From: Nitrospirota bacterium
GTDB taxonomy: Bacteria; Nitrospirota; Thermodesulfovibrionia; Thermodesulfovibrionales; Dissulfurispiraceae
DNA: 64,000 bases
Direction of reading: 5' to 3'
Assembly (NCBI GenBank): GCA_963790025.1
Contig: CAWBMP010000004.1
Coordinates: forward strand, 1,376,001 to 1,440,000
Positions within the stretch are counted from its first letter, which is position 1, and the number at the start of each line of letters is the position of its first letter. The notes under the pieces were generated by a model. It was not told the origin of the DNA, ran no database searches, and saw only the letters and a program-made list of their open reading frames with translations. This document shows positions 1-8,959 of this stretch, piece after piece. A program made the position numbers and the translations under genes.

Positions 1-1318
1 AGCAGAACGTCTTCTCCCGGATCGTGTTTTCGGGCATCTCGTAAAAATTATTGCAGACACTGTTGATCACATAACGCGGCTCATCAAGCAGACCCATTCC
101 GCGCGCCGGATTGCAAGAATCGTGATAGGTCACCTTCAGGTGGTCATTTCTGCTCTTGTCGAGTTTGAGCTTGCCGTTGTGGATGAGGTCGGCTGTGAAT
201 TCCGAAATATGGACCATCTTTGTTGATTTTGCATTCTCGAATCTTGTCCCCGTTATGGGGGAAACCGGCTCCTCCATAAAATCTGCCGGGCCGTTCCACG
301 TGTCCATGTACTGGTGCAGGACCCTCCACATATGGCCGCACTCTCCGCCCAGTATCCACTTCACTCCCAGCCTTTTTGCTTCGGCATATATCTTGGCGTT
401 GAGCCTCTTTGCCATCTCGTTGGACGTGAAAAACCCGAAGTTGCCTCCTTCCGAGGCATAGGTGCTCCAGGTATAGTCAAGACCCAGTTCGTGAAAGAGC
501 ATCAGATAGCCCATCGCTGTATACGTGCCGGGATTTGCAAAGAGGTCACCCGAAGGGGTGACGAACAATATTTCAGCACCTTTCCGGTTGAAACTCGGAT
601 TGATTCTAATACCGGTAATCGATTCTATATCATCGACAAAGAGATCGATACTCTGCTTTATTGTGTGAGGCTCGAGGCCGAGATGGTTGCCTTTCATATA
701 GCAGGCTGCGATAGGGCCGCCTGTCCATCCGATTTGAAGCCCAAGCAGGTTGGTGAGTTCCCTGCCCATCATTGTAATTTCAGCCTGGTCAATGCCATAG
801 GGACAGAAAACCGAGCAGCGTCTGCACTCTGTGCACTGGTAAAAATAGTACCACCACTCTTTAAGGACGTTCACTGTCAGCTCGCGTGCACCGGCAATCT
901 TCTTGAGTATCTTCCCTGCCAAAGTGAAATTGCCGCGGTACACCGATCTCAGCAGTTCGGCCCTGAGCACCGGCATATTTTTGGGGTCCCCGGTACCGAT
1001 GAAAAAGTGGCACTTGTCCGCACACGCGCCGCAGCGTACACAGATATCCATGAACAGGCTGAAGGAGCGATACCGTTTCAGAAGCGTCTGCATCCCTTCA
1101 AGGACAGTCTGCTCCCAGTTGGCAGGGAGCTTCCAGTCTTCGTCAGCGACCCGCCAATCTCTTCCGTTAGGCATCTCGACAGTATCAAGGTCCTTCTTTT
1201 TCGTCGGATGGCAATACATATGCTCCCTTATTTCGACGGGTGTATCCATCCACTCCTTCTGAGGTGGTATCATGTTTATTTTTAACAGATCGTTTGGTTT
1301 TGTAGTAAATTTCGCCAT
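1..1318 (-). CDS. dsrK: DsrK, Fe-S/CCG subunit of the DsrMK(JOP) complex; C-terminus beyond the window edge
   Basis: Missing from the ORF track because it is open at the edge. Read by hand from ATG at 1318: MAKFTTKPNDLLK...MDICVRCGACADKCHFFIGTGDPKNMPVLRAELLRSVY...WYYFYQCTECRRCSVFCPYGID. Directly follows dsrM. Confidence 0.95.
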   Translation of the reverse strand, partial: MAKFTTKPNDLLKINMIPPQKEWMDTPVEIREHMYCHPTKKKDLDTVEMPNGRDWRVADEDWKLPANWEQTVLEGMQTLLKRYRSFSLFMDICVRCGACADKCHFFIGTGDPKNMPVLRAELLRSVYRGNFTLAGKILKKIAGARELTVNVLKEWWYYFYQCTECRRCSVFCPYGIDQAEITMMGRELTNLLGLQIGWTGGPIAACYMKGNHLGLEPHTIKQSIDLFVDDIESITGIRINPSFNRKGAEILFVTPSGDLFANPGTYTAMGYLMLFHELGLDYTWSTYASEGGNFGFFTSNEMAKRLNAKIYAEAKRLGVKWILGGECGHMWRVLHQYMDTWNGPADFMEEPVSPITGTRFENAKSTKMVHISEFTADLIHNGKLKLDKSRNDHLKVTYHDSCNPARGMGLLDEPRYVINSVCNNFYEMPENTIREKTFC

Positions 1319-1320
1319 GT

Positions 1321-2316
1321 CTACTCCTTCTCGACCGGAATATCAGCCATTTTCATTTTTTCTCTGAAATCATTTTCGTATTCCTCATAAGTATGGACAT
1401 GAACAGGGTAATTCCATGGGTTTATGTGCCTGACCATGCGGTTATTATTCGCCATGTTTCTTGTCGGGCTAAGGAATACCCCTGCCATATGCACCAGTTT
1501 GCTGAATGGGAAATAGGCAAACAGGATACTGATAAGGAACAAGTGTACATAAAACATTATTCCTATCCCTTGCGGGACAACCGGCCTGAAGGTGATAAGA
1601 CCCATAGTCAACTGCTTCACGCTGACGATATCGACCTTGGTGAAGTACCGCATCAGAATTCCCGTAGCGGCAATGGCCAGGATGAGCAAAAGAGGGAAAT
1701 AATCGGCAGGAAGTGAAATATAGCGCACCAGCGGATTGGTAACTCTTCTTATAAAAAGATATGTAACAGCGGCCAAAATTATTACGTCGGTGATATACAG
1801 CAGCGGGACCCCGATCTGAAGAAAGCTGTCAAGAGTTTCCACGATATGTATGGGATACGGCAACTGAAGCGAGAAAAATCTGAAATGCCTGATGAGGATT
1901 ATCAGAAACGACCAGTGGAAAGCCATACCCGCCAGCCAGAGCCACTTGTCGGAACCGTATGCGATCCTGCCTTCTTCTTCTCTCATGTCGACCTTGATAT
2001 TCCTGAAGAGGGAGCGGAAAAGCAACACTTCCAACGCCATTCTGCCGATTACGCCAAACGTGCCGGATGGATTATCCAGTTTGTCCTGCTTGATCCACGG
2101 CAATGACTTCTCCTGCCCGCAGGTCGTGGGGATCCGAAACGGCACAGGAGAGCTTGCCCACTTCACCACGCGGCAGATTATCCCCACGGCGAAAGTGGCC
2201 ACGGCTGCGTATGGGATAATGACACCAAACAGGAAATTCATATTTGCAAATTGTACCCCTGCCACAACCAGCAAAATCAGTGTTATTACTGCGAATAAAG
2301 GGAATAGGGTTTTCAT
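1321..2316 (-). CDS. dsrM: DsrM, NarI-like membrane cytochrome b
   Basis: Multi-TM protein with PFRIPTTCGQ, FHWSFLIILIRHFRFF and YFPFSKLVHMAGVFLSPTRN motifs. Confidence 0.95.
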   Translation of the reverse strand: MKTLFPLFAVITLILLVVAGVQFANMNFLFGVIIPYAAVATFAVGIICRVVKWASSPVPFRIPTTCGQEKSLPWIKQDKLDNPSGTFGVIGRMALEVLLFRSLFRNIKVDMREEEGRIAYGSDKWLWLAGMAFHWSFLIILIRHFRFFSLQLPYPIHIVETLDSFLQIGVPLLYITDVIILAAVTYLFIRRVTNPLVRYISLPADYFPLLLILAIAATGILMRYFTKVDIVSVKQLTMGLITFRPVVPQGIGIMFYVHLFLISILFAYFPFSKLVHMAGVFLSPTRNMANNNRMVRHINPWNYPVHVHTYEEYENDFREKMKMADIPVEKE

Positions 2317-2888
2317 TTTGCTACCTCTTTTGGTTTTGGTTTATTGCTTCTATTTTCTCCGGGACCTGCTGGCTCCTCTCCCGGGACTTCGCATATCATC
2401 TGGGCCTTCTGCAGGAGCCTGTAAGTCATATTTCTGGTTTCATTCGTTTTCACTTCATATATCTTTTCCCGGCATTTCATAAAGCTGTCGAAGGCATAGA
2501 GGGCAACAGCATCAATCCTGGCTTCAAGTGCTACCAGCTCCCCGGATAATGATCGCTCCTGCACGGCCTCTCCAAGTATTTCTCTTATTATGCTTTTTAA
2601 CAGAAGGATAAAAACGATGGCGCGGGATGGGGGACCCTCCTGAACCGCCCTGATTCGTATAATGCCGTCGAGAGAAGGGGCCGCTTTTTCGGCATCTGCT
2701 CCACTAAGCAGCTCGTCGAAAAATACCTCTGTTCCCTGTTTAAGCGTATGTCCTACAGGATTTGCGAATCGGTCTTTTTGTTTTCTAAGAAAAATAGTAG
2801 TATCGGCAGGGTACGACTCAACAACAATATCAAACCATCTCTTCAGAATGTCGGGTCTCTTTTCAGACAAGAGATCTATAAGCTTCAT
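2313..2888 (-). CDS. dsrT: DsrT (RsbRD N-terminal-like domain protein)
   Basis: SYPADT...DRFANPVG, IIRIRAVQE and FDSFMKCREKIYE motifs; overlaps the dsrM start as in dsrTMK operons. Confidence 0.88.
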   Translation of the reverse strand: MKLIDLLSEKRPDILKRWFDIVVESYPADTTIFLRKQKDRFANPVGHTLKQGTEVFFDELLSGADAEKAAPSLDGIIRIRAVQEGPPSRAIVFILLLKSIIREILGEAVQERSLSGELVALEARIDAVALYAFDSFMKCREKIYEVKTNETRNMTYRLLQKAQMICEVPGEEPAGPGENRSNKPKPKEVAK

Positions 2889-2916
2889 TTCCTCCCCATA
2901 AGGTAAACAACATAAG

Positions 2917-2942
2917 TAGGAGGCAGAACCTCTGCCTCCTAC
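2917..2942 (-). terminator. Hairpin downstream of dsrC
   Basis: GTAGGAGGCAGA-AC-CTCTGCCTCCTAC inverted repeat. Confidence 0.55.
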
Positions 2943-2972
2943 CCGTTTTCAATTTTTAAGCTAAGCTGTGGT

Positions 2973-3308
2973 TTATACGCAACCTGTCGGCTTTGGCAGT
3001 CCTGCGTATCTGCAAGCCTGCTTTGCAGGGCCGTCCGGGAACAACTCGTAAAGATATTTTGTATTGCCCTTGGCAGCTCCCATTACCTTGCCGATTTCTT
3101 TCACAAGGATCTTTATCATGGGCGCTATTTGATATTTCTGATAATAATCTCTAAGGAAGTTTATAATCTCCCAGTGCTCCTCTGAGAGTTCGACTCCGTC
3201 CCCTTTGGCCATGGTGATTGCTATATCTTTGTTCCATGCTTCCAGATCAACCATGTAACCATCCTCGTCAACTTCAACCTGCTTACCGCCAATTTCCATA
3301 TTAGGCAT
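2973..3308 (-). CDS. dsrC: DsrC sulfur carrier
   Basis: VDEDGY start, LYELFPDGPAKQACRYAGLPKPTGCV C-terminus with both conserved Cys. Confidence 0.97.
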   Translation of the reverse strand: MPNMEIGGKQVEVDEDGYMVDLEAWNKDIAITMAKGDGVELSEEHWEIINFLRDYYQKYQIAPMIKILVKEIGKVMGAAKGNTKYLYELFPDGPAKQACRYAGLPKPTGCV

Positions 3309-3385
3309 ACCGCTTTCCTCCTTGCGTAACGCAATTTATTAACTACTTATGGATTATTCTGCTATAACTAACTTAAAGTAGATAG

Positions 3386-3432
3386 TTAGACTTATCACGA
3401 TAATATAGAACCTGTCGTCAGGTCAAATAAAA
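3386..3432 (-). promoter_or_regulatory. Putative dsrC promoter/operator, same layout as the dsrA upstream region
   Basis: Minus strand TTTTATTTGAC-N14-TATATTA-N8-AGTCTAA, also at 8842-8888. Confidence 0.55.
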
Positions 3433-3445
3433 TAATATTATAAAT

Positions 3446-4519
3446 TCATTTGGGCGATTTATGCAAGACCTCGCCGGCGATTTCACCGACAGTCCTTATT
3501 AGCAAGTCTTCCCCCTTATAAAATGGCACTGGACCGTCGTCGTCTAAAAGTCCGGATATTTGCCCTATAGCGCCTTTTCCGCCATCCAGTATGCCCATTG
3601 CCCATATTGCATAGCCCCTGACATCAGGTTTTTTGTCTGCCAGCATCTGCGTCAGTTCCGGCACAATAAATCCGACCAGGCCGGGGCTTTCCATGGCAAT
3701 GCGTCCCATCGCCCAGACAATGCCTGCCCGGAACATCTCTTCATCCCTGAAAGACCAGAGAATAGGAACAATGTCATTAAACGAATCAGGGTTACCGGCA
3801 ATGATCTCCCCTACTATTTCCGCTGCGCTCCATCCGATGCCTCCGGACTCTTCACCCATGGACCATAAAAGCCGCCTTATGGTGTCGCGCATGTTACCCA
3901 TCCTCTCCTCAGAATCTTTAGAAAAAGTCCTCGAAACAACACCTATTGCCTCAATGGCCCTCCAGCCCAGCACATCCTCTTTATCATATGTCAACGATAT
4001 GAGCACCCTTATAACGCCTTTGTCCTGCATCGCCATGTCAGCCACTTCATCGTAGGCCCGCAATTCAAGTAAACTCCTGAGCCTGTCCTTCCTGTCCATT
4101 TTGCTCCCTCCGGTGATTGCCCGGGTCGTCGTCATCCCGGACTGGGGAACAGCAGCCTGTGTGCACTGCGGCGGACAACAACTTTCCACCTGTGGCGACT
4201 TCAGTTTTACAAAGACAAGTCTTCCGGCCGCATTGCTCCGGCCTTTTGAGTATACTCTCTGGTGGGTCTTCATATCGTAGTCCATGTCGCTTGTCTCATA
4301 ATCAACATCTTCACTGATGCTGTTGATCTGCCAGTCACCCTTTGCCAGAGCAAGGGCCTCCATATAGGCTTCACCGGTATTGCGGCCTGTCGGGTCGCAT
4401 ACGTAAACCGTGCCGCATTCGCATGAGCCTCCTGTCACATTACCGAACTCAGTAATCATTTCGGTTGTCCGATTTATAATACGTCCGCAGAAAGGGCATT
4501 CAGGGGGGTATTTAATCAT
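3446..4519 (-). CDS. Cys-rich N-terminal domain + HEAT-repeat (DVU0298-like) protein
   Basis: CPFCG...CECG...C at the N-terminus; RRLLWSMGEESGGIGWSAAE motif and HEAT-like repeats at the C-terminus; start overlaps the dsrN stop. Confidence 0.7.
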   Translation of the reverse strand: MIKYPPECPFCGRIINRTTEMITEFGNVTGGSCECGTVYVCDPTGRNTGEAYMEALALAKGDWQINSISEDVDYETSDMDYDMKTHQRVYSKGRSNAAGRLVFVKLKSPQVESCCPPQCTQAAVPQSGMTTTRAITGGSKMDRKDRLRSLLELRAYDEVADMAMQDKGVIRVLISLTYDKEDVLGWRAIEAIGVVSRTFSKDSEERMGNMRDTIRRLLWSMGEESGGIGWSAAEIVGEIIAGNPDSFNDIVPILWSFRDEEMFRAGIVWAMGRIAMESPGLVGFIVPELTQMLADKKPDVRGYAIWAMGILDGGKGAIGQISGLLDDDGPVPFYKGEDLLIRTVGEIAGEVLHKSPK

Positions 4520-5946
4520 TATTGTTGCACGACCTTTTTAGTTGTTCTGTACTTATCTGCACAACCGATAAGCCCGACTGCCCATGCAGGAGTCCCTAAA
4601 GCATGTATATGCGTATAGGTGGCGAGCACATTTTTATAACAAATTCCGTCCCTTTTGTCCTTTATTCCTTTGCCCCGGAGCATGGCAAATGCTGAATATT
4701 GTAAAACGCTTTCAGAAAGCCCTGCAACCGCGGAGTAATGGAATTCATGTCCGTGCAGCATTGTTCCGACCGGATAAAAGGGGTTCTCCCTGTCGACTTC
4801 GACAACAGTATACCCATGCGCCTGCGGTTTCCTTTTCATGTCGAAAACAATGGGAAATACGCCGGTCATCGGGTATTGCCCGCCCTCTGATATAATACTT
4901 TCACCCAAAAACATCAGCCCCCCGCACTCTGCATAGATGGGCAATCCCCTGTCAGCCTTGTATCGTATGGAATCTCTGAAAGCGGCGTTGCCGGCCAACT
5001 GCAGTGCGTTAGTCTCAGGGAAACCTCCGCCGATATAAAGGCCATCTATCTCGGGAAGCCCGGCATCGGCCAAGGCATTTATATCTATAATCTCAGCACC
5101 ATTTTTTTCAAGCTCCTCAAGATTTTCAGGGTAATAAAACTGAAACGCCGCATCACGGATCACGCCAATCCTGACTCTCGAATGGGAAGTTCGGATGGTT
5201 GGTTGAGAAATGTCGGAAACCACTGATCTATTTAACTCCGCATCCGGCAGAGGTCCCGCCGCCATTGCGATTTGCACTATTGCATCCATGTCGAGATACT
5301 TAGCTGAAATTTCCTCAGCAAGTGCAATCACCTTTGCCGTATCGGGATGCTCCTGGTAGGGAGTGAGCCCCATATGTCGCTCGGGGAGTTCGTCATCATG
5401 CAGCCTGGGGATTACGCCAAGCACCGGCAGCAAACAGTATTTGTTTATCGATTCCCTTACAACCGATTCATGCCTATGGCCTGCTACCTGGTTAAGCACT
5501 ACTCCTTTTATTGCAACTTCGCTGTCCAGATGCATGCACCCCAGCAACACTGCCGCAGAGGTCCTCGTCATCTTGGTACAATCGAGGACCAGTACAACAG
5601 GCGCACGCAACACTTTGGCAAGCTCCGCGGTACTGTATGCCCCTTCAGCGTCCATTCCGTCATGCAGCCCCCTATTGCCCTCAATAACAGCAATGTCACT
5701 GCAGGCATGGCAGGCAAATGAAGTTATTATCATCTCTCCCGAAAGGAAAAAAGGATCAAGATTATAGCAGGGCCTTTGGGCCGCAATCGAAAGCCACCCG
5801 GCATCAATATAGTCGGGGCCTTTTTTAAAAGGGGTCACCTGCAGCCCCTTTAGCGACCTCAGTCCGGCGATAATTGCAAGCGAGAGGATAGTTTTGCCGC
5901 TGCCTCCCCGTACTCCTGCAATAACCAGTCTTGGGTATGCACGCAT
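4519..5946 (-). CDS. dsrN: DsrN, cobyrinate a,c-diamide synthase-like siroheme amidase
   Basis: GGSGKT P-loop, FKKGPDYID, LPERHMGL, YAECGGLM and GHEFHYS motifs; located after dsrABD. Confidence 0.9.
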   Translation of the reverse strand: MRAYPRLVIAGVRGGSGKTILSLAIIAGLRSLKGLQVTPFKKGPDYIDAGWLSIAAQRPCYNLDPFFLSGEMIITSFACHACSDIAVIEGNRGLHDGMDAEGAYSTAELAKVLRAPVVLVLDCTKMTRTSAAVLLGCMHLDSEVAIKGVVLNQVAGHRHESVVRESINKYCLLPVLGVIPRLHDDELPERHMGLTPYQEHPDTAKVIALAEEISAKYLDMDAIVQIAMAAGPLPDAELNRSVVSDISQPTIRTSHSRVRIGVIRDAAFQFYYPENLEELEKNGAEIIDINALADAGLPEIDGLYIGGGFPETNALQLAGNAAFRDSIRYKADRGLPIYAECGGLMFLGESIISEGGQYPMTGVFPIVFDMKRKPQAHGYTVVEVDRENPFYPVGTMLHGHEFHYSAVAGLSESVLQYSAFAMLRGKGIKDKRDGICYKNVLATYTHIHALGTPAWAVGLIGCADKYRTTKKVVQQ

Positions 5947-6072
5947 CGTTTTATATTATAACTTAAATACAATGACTGACCATAGAAAAAAGGCAGAACC
6001 CATCTCTCGCTTTTGCGGCCCTGTTCGAGAGAGCAGTCTGCCTTTCCTGGTCCCTGATGTATTGAAGTCTAA

Positions 6073-6300
6073 TTACTGCTTTGGAGGTATCTCTACAAAG
6101 CTTCCGCCGAAATATGTGTAAATAAGTTTCCCTTCATCCACGAGATCTTTCAGGGCGGCCTTTACCTCATCCCTGGTAATGCCGGCTTCTGCCGAAATCG
6201 TCTTTTGGATATCGCTTGACTTCAACTTCTTTTTTCCAATGGACTTTTCTACCAGGGCATATATTTTCTGTGCTACCTCTTCTTTTTCCATGAATGGCAC
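6073..6300 (-). CDS. dsrD: DsrD winged-helix protein (start may be ATG at 6291)
   Basis: Short basic protein with VKAALKDLVDEGKLIYTYFGGSFVE, directly after dsrB. Confidence 0.85.
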   Translation of the reverse strand: MPFMEKEEVAQKIYALVEKSIGKKKLKSSDIQKTISAEAGITRDEVKAALKDLVDEGKLIYTYFGGSFVEIPPKQ

Positions 6301-6396
6301 CTTTCCTTCGCGCCCCGCCGAGCACTTAAATGGCCATAAGCAGCGTGTTAAGTGCTAGTCGTGACCCTTGCTTTAACGGTTTTTATTGCTAAAGTC

Positions 6397-6437
6397 TCAT
6401 CAGAGGGGGTCGCACGGTTGCGGGCCCCCCCTGATGA
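6397..6437 (-). terminator. GC-rich hairpin between dsrB and dsrD
   Basis: TCATCAGAGGGGG...CCCCCCTGATGA inverted repeat. Confidence 0.5.
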
Positions 6438-6450
6438 ATCCACGGTATTC

Positions 6451-7521
6451 TTACCACTTAAATGAAGCAGAATTCCTGTATGTCTCTTTTGCAATGGTGA
6501 AGTCGTCAATATGCTGGAAGGTAAACGGTATTTTGGTAATACTGAAGAATGACTCCCAGCCTATCCTTTCTACCCATTCGCCCACTCTCTCGTGCTTCCT
6601 GGCGCCGGCGATGTATGCTTCAAGAATCGTCTTTACGGCTGCAGTGACTTCAGGCCATCTCGGGGGGTTGTTCGGGATGTAAGGAATAGCCAGTTTGGAA
6701 AACTTCGGATCGCTCCTCAGGTTTCCAACCTTTCCGCCCACAACGATAGCGATTCCGTCATTCACAGGATCTGCAATAGGAAGAGCCGGACATACTGAGA
6801 AACAGTTTCCGCAGTACATGCACTTCTCTTCTTTGATCTTAACGCTCTTGTTTGCCGGGTCCGGGCTGATAGCGCCTGTAGGGCATGCGGCTATTGTTGA
6901 AGGCACCTCGCACATGTTCTTGACTTTATCAGTCTCGACGACAGGAATTTTCCTGTGGATACCGACCAGAGCGATATCTGAGCAGTGAACAGCGCCGCAC
7001 ATATTCGTGCAGCATGCAACTGCAATCCTTACCTTGTTAGGCGTTTCCTTCGTGGTAAAATAGTCGGCAAACTCGTCCATAAGTACCTTGACGAGACCAG
7101 ACGCATCGCATGCAGCAGAATGACAATGCACCCAGCCCTGTGTATGGACAATGTTGCTTATCCTGGGTCCGATTCCCCCTATCATATAATTCTTCGACTT
7201 GAGGTCTTTCATGAGAGGCTCGACGTTCTTTTCATCCGACACAAGGAATTCCACGTTGTGCCTGGTTGTATAGCGGATATATCCGCCGCAATATTTTTCG
7301 GCAAGAGCGGCATGCTCTCTTATGGTGTCTGTGCTGAGGAGTCTTGGGGAAGCGACCCTTACCGTCCATAATTTGTCTCCGCTATTGGAAACATGGACCA
7401 TCAATCCGGGATTTATGACCTCATGGTACTTCCAGTCTCCGTAGTTTTTCTGGATTACCGGCGGCAAATATTCCTTAAAGTGAGGCGGTCCTATGTCTGT
7501 TCTTCTCTGTGGTAAAGCCAT
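6451..7521 (-). CDS. dsrB: Dissimilatory sulfite reductase beta subunit
   Basis: [30 protein letters not shown] and [13 protein letters not shown] motifs. Confidence 0.98.
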   Translation of the reverse strand: MALPQRRTDIGPPHFKEYLPPVIQKNYGDWKYHEVINPGLMVHVSNSGDKLWTVRVASPRLLSTDTIREHAALAEKYCGGYIRYTTRHNVEFLVSDEKNVEPLMKDLKSKNYMIGGIGPRISNIVHTQGWVHCHSAACDASGLVKVLMDEFADYFTTKETPNKVRIAVACCTNMCGAVHCSDIALVGIHRKIPVVETDKVKNMCEVPSTIAACPTGAISPDPANKSVKIKEEKCMYCGNCFSVCPALPIADPVNDGIAIVVGGKVGNLRSDPKFSKLAIPYIPNNPPRWPEVTAAVKTILEAYIAGARKHERVGEWVERIGWESFFSITKIPFTFQHIDDFTIAKETYRNSASFKW

Positions 7522-7559
7522 AATTTTCCTCCTTCTTGAGTTATATAAATTATATATTG

Positions 7560-8744
7560 TTATTTCTGCAAATCTGCTTCAGTCCAGAAATAGAAAGGGT
7601 CCCTTCTCGGCTCTTTCACCATCTGAGGAATCGGATCAACTCCAATGAACTCCAGGAACTCCCTCATGCCCCTTCTGATGATCAGTTCGCCTATTCTTTC
7701 CCTGTTCTTTCCATGCTCGTCCCACCACTCCCACATCTTCCTGACGATGTCTTTCAATTCGTCATATGGCGGCTCCATCTTCATGAATGGCACGATAACA
7801 TGAGAGAGCGTTGCGCCGATAACAAATGGGGCCTTGCTGCCGATAAGTATGGTGGCTCCCTTTTCTCCTGTAGGTTTCAGTGCCTTTGTCATCTTGGCAA
7901 TGCAGTGCATGCAGCGTACACAGTTGGCATCGTCGATCTTCATCTCTTTGCCATCATAACTGATGCACGTTGTGGGGCACATGTCGACAATTTCTTCCTT
8001 TATCTTCATGCCGTTCTTGGCATAAGCGGCTACTTCCTTCTGATCGACTGCGATTTTACCTTTCCAGGTGCCGATGATGGAACAGTCGGCGCGGGCAATT
8101 GAAGCAATACAATCAACTGCACAACCAGCTGTTTTAAATTTGAATTTATATGGGAATGCAGGCCTGTGCATTTCATCCTGGAATTCCTGGGTAACAGCGT
8201 AGTTGATGTCCAGGGTATCGATGTTGGACCATTCGCATCTTGCTGGTCCCACACAGCAGCTCGGTGTCCTCATAGCGGAGCCGGAACCGCCCAAATCCCA
8301 CCCGCGAGATGAGAATTCAGCAAAGATCGGCTCAAGATTTTCGGTGTTGGTCCCAAGAAGCACCAAATCGCCGGTCGATCCGTGCAGATTGGTAAGGCCG
8401 CTTCCGTATTTGTCCCAGATGTCGCACATTTCATTCAAAAACTTCGATGTGTAAAAGAAGGCGGATGTTGAATTGATTCTGATGGTATGGAAATTGGCAA
8501 CATTAGGAAATTCTTCGGCCAATGATGAATACCTGCCGATAACGCCGCCTCCGTATCCCCTGACGCCGACGATCCCGCCGTGCTTCCAGTAACCTCGTTT
8601 TGTTTTGTAAGACTTTTCGAGCAGTCCGAGCTCATCGGCAGCCATGTCGTTCTTGGCAGCCGCCTTCTTGATTTCTGTCACGAAGCTTGGAAATGGACCT
8701 TTTTCAAGCTCGTCCAATAGTGGAGTCTGGTACTTTTTCGGCAT
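7560..8744 (-). CDS. dsrA: Dissimilatory sulfite reductase alpha subunit
   Basis: [48 protein letters not shown] and CVRCMHC motifs; ATG at 8744 preceded by GGAGG. Confidence 0.98.
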   Translation of the reverse strand: MPKKYQTPLLDELEKGPFPSFVTEIKKAAAKNDMAADELGLLEKSYKTKRGYWKHGGIVGVRGYGGGVIGRYSSLAEEFPNVANFHTIRINSTSAFFYTSKFLNEMCDIWDKYGSGLTNLHGSTGDLVLLGTNTENLEPIFAEFSSRGWDLGGSGSAMRTPSCCVGPARCEWSNIDTLDINYAVTQEFQDEMHRPAFPYKFKFKTAGCAVDCIASIARADCSIIGTWKGKIAVDQKEVAAYAKNGMKIKEEIVDMCPTTCISYDGKEMKIDDANCVRCMHCIAKMTKALKPTGEKGATILIGSKAPFVIGATLSHVIVPFMKMEPPYDELKDIVRKMWEWWDEHGKNRERIGELIIRRGMREFLEFIGVDPIPQMVKEPRRDPFYFWTEADLQK

Positions 8745-8841
8745 AGAAACCTCCCTTGTTTGAGTTTTACGCAACTTAGATTGAATTAAACATTGTAGCC
8801 GTTATTATTCTTCTTTAATATTCTTCTTTAAAGTAAGCAAC

Positions 8842-8888
8842 TTAGACTATACAGGCTAATATACCAATGTGTCAATCGTCAAATAAAA
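8842..8888 (-). promoter_or_regulatory. Putative dsrA promoter/operator
   Basis: Contains TTGACA-N18-TATAGT and the motif shared with the dsrC upstream region. Confidence 0.6.
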
Positions 8889-8959
8889 AAATTTAATTCA
8901 AATATTAGGGATTTTTTTGACTTGACCCTTTTATTAAGACCGCCGTACAATTAAAGGTT

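Noticed and set aside
314..1285. 323-aa plus-strand ORF
   Set aside because: Antisense shadow of dsrK, which carries the conserved motifs
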